A DNA stretch of 46,619 bases from Candidatus Limnocylindrales bacterium. GTDB taxonomy: Bacteria; Chloroflexota; Limnocylindria; Limnocylindrales; CSP1-4. Made by a program: the position numbers and the translations under genes. The notes beneath the pieces were generated by a model. It did no database searches. It was given only the letters and a program-made list of their open reading frames with translations, and was not told the DNA's origin. Of this stretch, positions 1 through 7,600 are shown piece by piece; within the stretch, counting starts at the first letter, position 1, and every line of letters starts with the position of its first letter. The stretch spans positions 1 through 46,619 of the forward strand of contig DASUMJ010000137.1 in NCBI GenBank assembly GCA_036277775.1, given 5' to 3'.

Positions 1-1
1 G

Positions 2-547
2 GGCGTCCGGCTCGACCGGACCTACCAGCTGAACTTCGGCGGCAACACCGACTTCCTGAACATGCTCGAGCGCGAGCGCCTCGAGTCGAAGAAGATCTCG
101 AAGACGAACGCCGTCACCTCGATGCTCGACTACGAGATGGACCCCGACGACGTCCACGTCGGCCCGAGCGACCACGTGCCGTGGCTCCTCGATCGCAAGT
201 GGTGCTACATCCGGATGGAGGGGACGACCTTCGGTGACGTGCCGCTCAACGCCGAGCTCAAGCTCGAGGTCTGGGACAGCCCCAACAGCGCCGGCGTCAT
301 CACGGACGCCATCCGCTGCCTGAAGCTGGGCCTCGACCGCGGCCTCAAGGGCACGCTCGTGGCGCCCTCGAGCTACTTCATGAAGAGCCCGCCGCAGCAG
401 ATCCACGACGACATCGCGTACAACCGCGTCGAGGCCTTCATCCGCGGCGAGGACAACGAGACGCTCGTCGGGACCGAGGCGCCGCAGAAGCGGGCCCTCC
501 GCAAGCTCGCCGGCGCGAAGGCGAAGGTCGCCGCCGCCGCGAAGTGA
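2..547 (+). CDS. ino1: myo-inositol-1-phosphate synthase, C-terminal part (5' end lies outside the window)
   Basis: Frame 2 is open from the window edge (…[28 protein letters not shown]…[14 protein letters not shown]…SSYFMKSPP). This is the conserved C-terminal region of Ino1-type inositol-1-P synthases. The stop TGA 545-547 overlaps the next gene's GTG (GTGA). Confidence 0.85.
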   Translation, partial: GVRLDRTYQLNFGGNTDFLNMLERERLESKKISKTNAVTSMLDYEMDPDDVHVGPSDHVPWLLDRKWCYIRMEGTTFGDVPLNAELKLEVWDSPNSAGVITDAIRCLKLGLDRGLKGTLVAPSSYFMKSPPQQIHDDIAYNRVEAFIRGEDNETLVGTEAPQKRALRKLAGAKAKVAAAAK

Positions 548-1545
548 CGGACCGGAAGCACCGGCTCGAGTCGCCGCACCGGCGGCTCGACGCCGGGTCC
601 CGAACGTTCGAGCGGGCGGTCGTCCTTGGCTACAAGGCGTTTGCCTGGTTCATCTCGCACATCCCGCCGCAGATCCCGCAGGCGATCCTCGCCCGCGGGG
701 CCCAGCTCTCGTACCTCCTGTGGCCGACGAAGCGGCGCTGGTCGAACGCGAACTTCGGCCACGTCCTCGGGCTGCCGCCGGGCCACCCGGAGGTCCGGCG
801 GACGGCCCTCGCCGCGTATGCCGCGTACGGCCGCTACGTCGTGGAGCTGGCCCGGCTGCCGCAGCTCGCCCGCGAACATGCGGACCAGCTGGTCCCGGCC
901 TCCGACCTCGACGAGATCCACCGGATCTGGGACGAGTCGAAGGGCGGCCTGATCTTCAGCCTCGGCCACGTCGGGAACGCCGAGGCCGTGGCCGCGGGCG
1001 TCGCGTCGCGGGGCTGGCCGATCAACGTGGTCGCGGACGACTCCTCGTTCCCCGGCCTGTTCGAGGAGTTCACCCGGACCCGCGAGCAGTGGGGCGTCCA
1101 CGTCATCCCGTGGCGGAACCTCCGGGAGATCTACACGGTCCTCCGGCAGCGCGAGATGCTCGCCCTCCTCATCGACTGGGGCTATCGCCCGGACGGGATC
1201 CCGGTGAAGCTCTTCGACGCCTGGACGGCGCTGCCCGCCGGACCGGCCACGCTCGCCGCGAAGACCGGCTCGCGGATCCTGCCGATCACGATCACCCGGA
1301 ACGACGATGGCCGGACGTTCTCGATCAGCTGGGCCGACCCGATCGAGGTCACGTCGTCGGATCCGGCCGCGCTCCAGGCCGCCACGCAGCAGATGGCCGA
1401 CGCGTTCGCCGCGTCGATCGCGCCAAACCCGGCGCAGTGGTACTCGTTCAAGCCGGTCTGGCCGGCCGACCCGGCCGAGCGTGAAAGCCTCGCCCGCCGG
1501 GCAGCGGAGATCGTCGGCGGCTCGCCGCTCGCGGAGCCCGCGTGA
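544..1545 (+). CDS. lysophospholipid acyltransferase (LpxL/HtrB/PatA-like), PIM acyltransferase candidate
   Basis: 333 aa with GTGA start/stop overlap to ino1. It has an N-terminal hydrophobic segment and the HX4E acyltransferase motif 'LGHVGNAE', comparable to H(F/L)GNWE of the LpxL/PatA family. It sits between ino1 and the pimA-like gene. Confidence 0.75.
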   Translation: MTDRKHRLESPHRRLDAGSRTFERAVVLGYKAFAWFISHIPPQIPQAILARGAQLSYLLWPTKRRWSNANFGHVLGLPPGHPEVRRTALAAYAAYGRYVVELARLPQLAREHADQLVPASDLDEIHRIWDESKGGLIFSLGHVGNAEAVAAGVASRGWPINVVADDSSFPGLFEEFTRTREQWGVHVIPWRNLREIYTVLRQREMLALLIDWGYRPDGIPVKLFDAWTALPAGPATLAAKTGSRILPITITRNDDGRTFSISWADPIEVTSSDPAALQAATQQMADAFAASIAPNPAQWYSFKPVWPADPAERESLARRAAEIVGGSPLAEPA

Positions 1546-2585
1546 CCGGCACGCCGGAGATCCCCACCCCGACGCTTGCCCAGCGGATCCGGGCGCGGGT
1601 CGTGGCCGTGCTGGCGCGACTGCTCGTCGCCCTCCCCGAGCGCCCGGTGGATGCGGCCGCGGACGTTGTGGGCGAGATCTGGTACCGGCTGGCGCCGAAC
1701 CGCGCCGCACGGGCGCGCCGGAACCTCCGGCGCGTGGCGGAGCACCTCGTCGCACGAGGGCTCGGCGGAGCGCGGATCCGGGCCGCAGCCACCCACGACC
1801 GGGCCCTCGAGCGGGTCGTCCGCCTGGCGTTCCGCCACGCCGTCCGCTACTACCTCGACATGGCGCGGCTGCCGTTCCGGACGGCGGACGACCTCGAGCG
1901 GAACCTCACGGTCGAGACCCCCGACGTCGTGGCGGACGCCTTCAGTGCGCCCCGGCCGCTGCTCTTCGTGGCGATGCACTTCGGCGCCGTCGAGTACCCG
2001 GCACTGTTCGCCGTCGCGCGGACCGGCCGGCGGGTGACCGCGCCGATGGAGACGCTCGGCGATCCGGCGCTCCAGGCCTGGATCACCGCGACCCGGGGCA
2101 GCGCGGGCGTCGACATCGTGCCGTTGCGCGACGCGCGACGGGCCCTCACGGCGTCCCTCGCCGCCGGCGGAACGGTCGGGATCGTCGCCGACCGGAACGT
2201 CGCCGGCGGCACGATCGACGTGCCCTTCTTCGGTGTTCCGGCCCCGCTGCCGATGGGCCCGGGCCTCCTGGCCGTCGAGTTCGGGCTCCCGATCTGGGTG
2301 GCCGCCGTCCGGCGATCGCGCGGCGGCCGATACCGGGGCCAGCTCCGGCGCGTCGATCCGCCGGCGGACGGGACGCGTCGCGCCCGCCTGGCCGCGACGA
2401 TGGCGGGCATGGCCGCGGCGATGGAGGAGGCCATCGCCCCGGCGCCCGAGCAGTGGTGGTCCGCCTTCGCGCCGGTCTGGCCGGACCTGGACCCGGAGGC
2501 CCGGGAGGGCAGCGGCCGGCTCGAGCCTCGCGCCGCCGCGCCGTCCGGATCTCCGGCCGCCTCCACGGCCGAGGCCGCGCGATGA
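1542..2585 (+). CDS. second LpxL/HtrB/PatA-like acyltransferase (tandem paralog)
   Basis: 347 aa with GTGA overlap to the upstream gene. It has the same family architecture and the motif 'AMHFGAVE'. The C-terminal 'APEQWWSAFAPVWPD' parallels '[15 protein letters not shown]' in the paralog. Confidence 0.75.
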   Translation: MTGTPEIPTPTLAQRIRARVVAVLARLLVALPERPVDAAADVVGEIWYRLAPNRAARARRNLRRVAEHLVARGLGGARIRAAATHDRALERVVRLAFRHAVRYYLDMARLPFRTADDLERNLTVETPDVVADAFSAPRPLLFVAMHFGAVEYPALFAVARTGRRVTAPMETLGDPALQAWITATRGSAGVDIVPLRDARRALTASLAAGGTVGIVADRNVAGGTIDVPFFGVPAPLPMGPGLLAVEFGLPIWVAAVRRSRGGRYRGQLRRVDPPADGTRRARLAATMAGMAAAMEEAIAPAPEQWWSAFAPVWPDLDPEAREGSGRLEPRAAAPSGSPAASTAEAAR

Positions 2586-3361
2586 CCGACCGCCTCGGCC
2601 GGGCCGATCTCCACATCCACACCCTCGCCTCGGACGGCACGGCGGGCGTGCTCGAGATCCTCGACCACGTCGAGGCCGCCACCGACCTCGACGTCATCGC
2701 GATCACCGACCACGAGCGGATCGATGCCGCGATCGCCGCCCGCTCGATCGCGATCGATCGCGGGCTCCGCGTCGAGGTCGTCGTCGGCGAGGAGATCACG
2801 ACGCTCGGCGGCCACCTCCTCGGGCTGTGGCTCGAGACCCGGGTCCGCCCGTTCCGATCGCTCCGCTCGACGATCGCCGCGATCCACGACCAGGGAGGGA
2901 TCGCGATTCCCGCCCACCCGCTCGTCCCGTATCCGCTCTGCGCCCAGGGTTTCGTGCTCCGGCGGCTCGCCGCCGACGAGCCGCGCTACCGTCCCGACGC
3001 GATCGAGGCGTTCAACCCGACGACGCTCGGGCGGCCGTGGCACGGCCGGGTCGTGGCGTTCGCGGACGAGCTGGGACTGTCGAAGGTCGGCAACTCGGAT
3101 GCCCATGCGCTCGCCGCGATCGGATCGGGCTGGTCGACGTTCCCGGGCCGGACCGCGGAGGACGTCCGGGCTGCGATCCTCGCCGGCACGACGCACCACC
3201 ACGGCACGTTCCACGGGACGACCGCCCAGCTCGGGACGTTCCGGGACCAGCTCCGGAAGTACGGCCGGGATGCGCGGGCGAACCTCGGTGGCCGGATCCG
3301 GCGCGACGGCACGGGCCGCGACCTCGGCTACCCGGTCCCGGCCGGCGAGGAGCGGCGGTGA
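2582..3361 (+). CDS. PHP-domain metal-dependent phosphoesterase
   Basis: The real gene is the last 259 aa of track ORF 1307-3361. ATG 2582 overlaps the upstream stop (ATGA). The N-terminus 'ADLHIHTLASDGT…VIAITDHERID…IPAHP…NSDAH' matches the PHP His/Asp metal-ligand pattern. Confidence 0.8.
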   Translation: MTDRLGRADLHIHTLASDGTAGVLEILDHVEAATDLDVIAITDHERIDAAIAARSIAIDRGLRVEVVVGEEITTLGGHLLGLWLETRVRPFRSLRSTIAAIHDQGGIAIPAHPLVPYPLCAQGFVLRRLAADEPRYRPDAIEAFNPTTLGRPWHGRVVAFADELGLSKVGNSDAHALAAIGSGWSTFPGRTAEDVRAAILAGTTHHHGTFHGTTAQLGTFRDQLRKYGRDARANLGGRIRRDGTGRDLGYPVPAGEERR

Positions 3362-4560
3362 AGATCGGGCTCGTGACGCCGTACGTCTACCCGCTGCCGG
3401 GCGGGGTGAACCAGCACGTCCGGTACCTCTACGAGAACCTCCGCCTGCGCGGCCATGACGTCCGGATCCTCACCAGCTCGCATGGCCTCCAGCGGGCGTC
3501 CGAGGGCGACGTCATCCGGATCGGCAAGGGCTTCTCGATGCCGACGAACGGCTCGGTCGGCACGGTGACGCTCTCGCCGCGCTACCTGTCGCAGGTCCGC
3601 GACGTCCTGGAGCGCGAGCAGTTCGACCTCCTCCACTTCCACGAGCCGTTCGTGCCGTTCCTGTCGCTCATCGTCCTGCGGCTCTCGACGAGCGTGAACG
3701 TCGCGACCTTCCACGCCTACGGCGGGTTCTCGCCGGCCTACGAGTTCGGCTCGAAGGTCATGGGCTCGTACGCCCGGCGACTCCACGGCCGGATCGCGGT
3801 CTCCGCCGCGGCGCGCCACTTCATCGACCGCTTCTTCCCCGGCGACTACAAGGTCATCCCGAACGGCGTCGACGTCGCCCGGTTCGACCGGGCCGTCCCG
3901 ATCGCCCGGTGGCAGGACGGGACGCGGAACATCCTGTTCGTCGGGCGGTTCGAGCCGCGCAAGGGCCTCCTGGACCTCCTGAAGGCCTACCGGATCCTCC
4001 GGAAGACCGGCTGTCCGTGCCGGCTCCTCGTCGTCGGCGGCGGGCCGCAGGAGCGCGAGGCCCGGCGCTACGTGATGACCCGCCGGATGGGCGGCGTGGA
4101 GTTCCTGGGCCGGGTCTCGGACGAGGAGCGCGACGCGCTGTTCAAGACGGCCGACGTCTACGTCTCGCCGGCCACCGGTCGGGAATCGTTCGGGATCGTG
4201 CTGCTCGAGGCCATGGCCGCGGGGACGGCGATCGTGTGCAGCGACATCCACGGCTACAAGGGCGTCGTCCGGCGCGACCGCGACGCGCTCCTCGTGCCGC
4301 CCCGGGAACCGAAGGCGTTGGCGGCCGCGATCGGGCGGCTCATCGCCGACGACGCGCTGCGGACCCGGATGGCGGCCTCCGGGATCCAGCGGGCCCAGGA
4401 GTACAGCTGGGAGCGAGTGACGGCGAAGGTCGAGGACTACTACGGCTTCGTCATCCGGCGGCTCGAGGCCCAGGGGGCGCTGCCGCCGGGCTTCCGGGCC
4501 GAGGTCCCGCCGCCGGCTCGCGTCCCTGTCGCGGCGGAGCCGGCCGTCCCGGTGGCCTGA
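3358..4560 (+). CDS. pimA: GT4 glycosyltransferase, phosphatidylinositol alpha-mannosyltransferase-like
   Basis: GTG 3358 overlaps the PHP stop (GTGA). 'KIGLVTPYVYPLPGGVNQHV…HFHEP…IPNGVDVARF…FVGRFEPRKG…ESFGIVLLEAMAAGTAIV' is colinear with mycobacterial PimA as I recall it, including the EX7E region. The ino1 and acyltransferase context agrees. Confidence 0.8.
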   Translation: MKIGLVTPYVYPLPGGVNQHVRYLYENLRLRGHDVRILTSSHGLQRASEGDVIRIGKGFSMPTNGSVGTVTLSPRYLSQVRDVLEREQFDLLHFHEPFVPFLSLIVLRLSTSVNVATFHAYGGFSPAYEFGSKVMGSYARRLHGRIAVSAAARHFIDRFFPGDYKVIPNGVDVARFDRAVPIARWQDGTRNILFVGRFEPRKGLLDLLKAYRILRKTGCPCRLLVVGGGPQEREARRYVMTRRMGGVEFLGRVSDEERDALFKTADVYVSPATGRESFGIVLLEAMAAGTAIVCSDIHGYKGVVRRDRDALLVPPREPKALAAAIGRLIADDALRTRMAASGIQRAQEYSWERVTAKVEDYYGFVIRRLEAQGALPPGFRAEVPPPARVPVAAEPAVPVA

Positions 4561-4610
4561 TCAGGCCTGGGCGTCTGATCGGGCCCGGGCTTCTGATCAG
4601 GCCCGGGCGA
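4557..4610. repeat. 3 x 18-bp tandem repeat spanning two convergent stop codons
   Basis: The units are CTGATCAGGCCTGGGCGT / CTGATCGGGCCCGGGCTT / CTGATCAGGCCCGGGCGA. The array contains the pimA-like stop (4558-4560) and the giant GT-C gene stop (4597-4599, - strand). Each unit is internally palindromic (TGATCA, GGGCCC). Confidence 0.8.
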
Positions 4611-7600
4611 CGTCGGTCCCCGGCGCGTCCGGTCCGGGCGGGCCCGGGAGGTCGGAGCGGTCCGGGCGGGGCGCCTCCGTGCCGAGGTACGCCTGCTCCG
4701 CGAGCGTGATCCGCCAGACCCAGGCGGCGTATCCGACCGCCACGCAGACCGCGGCCAGCGTCACGAGGAGGAGTGCCGGGCCGGTGTCGATGAGCGACGG
4801 CCCGGCGACGCTCCGGTCGATCGTGCTGACCGGGAACTGGAACGGATAGACGTAGGTCGGGAGCAGGCCCTGGTAGGCGTTCGAGAGGGCGCTCGGCAGC
4901 GGCAGCGCGGCGAAGTTCGGGTACCAGAGGAAGAACCACGCGGCGATCGCCACGACCGCCCCGACGACGAACCGCCGGGCATCGCGCGCGGTCGCGACGA
5001 ACGCGGCGACGGGCAGCAGCGCGAGCGTCACGACGAGGGCGATCGGCTCGACCGGGATGTTCGCGGCCTTGATCCGGGCGGTCTCGTCGAGGAAGACCGA
5101 CGCCACGACGAAGGCCAGGCTCACGCCGAGGGCGGTCAACGCGGCCATGCCGAGGCGGCCGCCGATCCCCCGGCCGGATCCCCCGCCGCCCGGTCCGTCC
5201 TCGGCCTCCGCGGCGAGCGACAGCAGCAGCCGGACGAGGAGGAGGACGCCGACGCCGACGACGACCGCGATCCCGAGGGCGCGATCCGTCAGGACGAAGT
5301 CGGGGATCAGCGTCGGGCAGGCGCGGGAGTCGGGGTTCACGTCGGTCACCCGGACGAACCCGCAGAGCGGCCGGTGGAAGAGCCACAGCGTCGTCGGTGC
5401 CATGACCGCCACGGCGGCCGCGAGGCGGGCGAGGAGCCACGTCCGCCGGGAGGCGCCGCGCCACAGCTCCGACAGGAAGTAGGCAAGGGCGAGGAACAGG
5501 AACGGCAGGCTCGTGTAGTAGTGGTACTGGAAGGCGGCGCGGTCGATCCGCGACCAGGCGATCCACTGGCAGGCGAAGCCGATCGCGATGAGCGCCAGGC
5601 CGGCGTTGCGCCGCACGAACGCCTGCCACGCGACGAAGGCCATCGCGGGGATCGCGAGCCACCACGCGACGAGGTTGCCGGCGTCGTAGATCGCCGCGCT
5701 CGTCCCCCCGGCGAACGACTCCTGGTAGAACCAGACGGGCTTGAAGTCGAAGGCCCAGGCCCACCACGGCGACGACGCCGCATGGGCCGCGCTCAGGGTG
5801 TTGTGGTAGCGGTACATGCTCTGGGTCAGGTCCCAGAGCGTCTGGCCGGTGTGGCCCGCCGGGAACGCCTCGACGATCCGGTGGTCCTCCATGAAGGCCC
5901 ACGGCAGGTACGAGGCGACGTAGAGCCCGAGCGGCAGGACGACGAGGCAGAGGGCGATCCAGACCAGCGGCAGCCCGAAGCCGGCGCCCGGCCTGAGCCA
6001 GCCCTCCGGAGCCCCGGCCGGCGGCTCCAGGAGCGATGCCGGATCGTCCGCCGGCGGCGGCGCGGCCATGGGGCCGAATCCCCATCGCCCGACGATCGCG
6101 AAGACCGTGTACGCGACCGCGCCGAGGACCACGAGGGCGAAGGCGAGCTCCTGGGGGGTGAAGGCGACCGGCCCGAGGACGACCGGCGTGCCGGCCCGGC
6201 CGAGCGCCAGGGCCGCGAGGAAGACGGCCCCGCCGAGGACCGGCGGCCCGACGACCGCGAGCCGCTGCTCCTCCCACGTCCAGGCCACGGGATGGAGGAC
6301 GTTCGCCACGACCGCGACGAGCGTCAGCCCGACCATGATCGCGAGGAACAGGTAGTTGCCGCCGGATTCGCCCTCCGGGACCGAGATCGCGAGGTAGCCG
6401 AGGGCTGTCGTGAGGACGACGAGCCCGCCGATGAGCAGCACCCGGCCGAGGGCGCTGCGGGCCAGCACGAGGATCCCGAGGGCGCCGATGGCGTAGGCCG
6501 CGACCCACTTCGCGGCGAGCGCGAACCCGAGGAAGAAGCCGATCGCGGGCATCCCGAGCGCGAACGCCAGCCACCGGCGCCGGCCGCCGCCCGCGGTCCG
6601 CCAGAGCGCCGCGAAGATCGTGTACGCGGCCACGATCCCCAGGCCGACGTACGCGTCGTTCATGCCGATCCGGCTCTGGGCGAAGAGCATCCCGTCGAGG
6701 GCCACGATCGCGGCGAGGAAGACGGCGACCTCGCGTCGCCGGAAGAGGATCCGGGCGAGGACGTAGAGCAGCAGCGCCATGAGGACGCCAGCGATCACCC
6801 CGGGCAGTCGCCAGGCGAACGCGTGCTGCCCCACGTCGATCGTCGCCACGGAACCGTCCGCGGCGAGGGCGAGGATCTGCTGTCGATCCGAGCTCGGGTA
6901 GCGCTGGGCGTCGTCCATGACGAGTGCGGCGGGCTCGAGCGGGAGGGCCGCGTCCGCATAGATCGCCGCGTCGGCATAGATCGCATTCGCGTGCGGCTCG
7001 ATCACGTAGATCGTCGCGGCCGACCCGTCGGGCGTGGAGCCGAGGGCATGGACCATCTGGCTCGCGAGGTCGTAGCCGACCCAGCCGGCCTCCGTGCCGG
7101 GCAGGACGAGCGTCGTCTCGTGGGTCGGCTCGCCGCCGCTGCCCGGCGCAACGATCGTGGCGACGCGGGGCCCGTCCGCCGTCTCCACCCCGACGTAGAG
7201 CCGGTCCTTGTCGAGGTTCGTGACGAACGCCAGCCCGACCGCCGCCCCGCCGAGCTCGATCGTCGCGGTCGATTCGGCCGTTGTGGTGTCCAGGAAGACG
7301 ACGCCGCCCGCCGTAGCCAAGGCCACGGTTGCCGCCCCGGCATCGGCGATCTGGGCAACCTCCGCGAGCTCGAGTCGCCCGACCTCCGTCGCGGCCGTCG
7401 CGTCGAGGAGGACGACCGGCTCGGCGGCTCCGGGTGTGGCGGCCTCGAGGACGGCGGCAATGGACGTACCGTCGGACGAGACGTGGAGGAGCCGAACCGG
7501 GCCGTCGAGGGTCGCGAACGCGCGTGCGCCCGGCTCCGCGGCCGTGCCGGTCCAACGGGCGTCGTCGAGCGGGCGCGTCGGGATGATCCGGACATCGCCG

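Noticed and set aside
373-1755. 460-aa antisense ORF and several other long ORFs (626-952, 720-1484, 1182-1979, 1850-3214) across the PIM operon.
   Set aside because: They are R/P/G/A-rich with no recognisable domains. They fully overlap + strand genes that have clear family motifs and 4-nt start/stop coupling.
1307-3361. Treating track ORFs 1307-3361, 2233-4560, 11009-13015, 17669-19087, 28045-29874, 29909-31045, 30721-32382, 38053-39879, 39284-41041 and 44424-45737 as full-length genes.
   Set aside because: In each case only the 3' portion has family-like sequence. An internal ATG/GTG also coincides with the upstream gene's stop (ATGA/GTGA) or with an SD. The 5' parts are R/P-rich read-through overlapping the neighbouring real gene.
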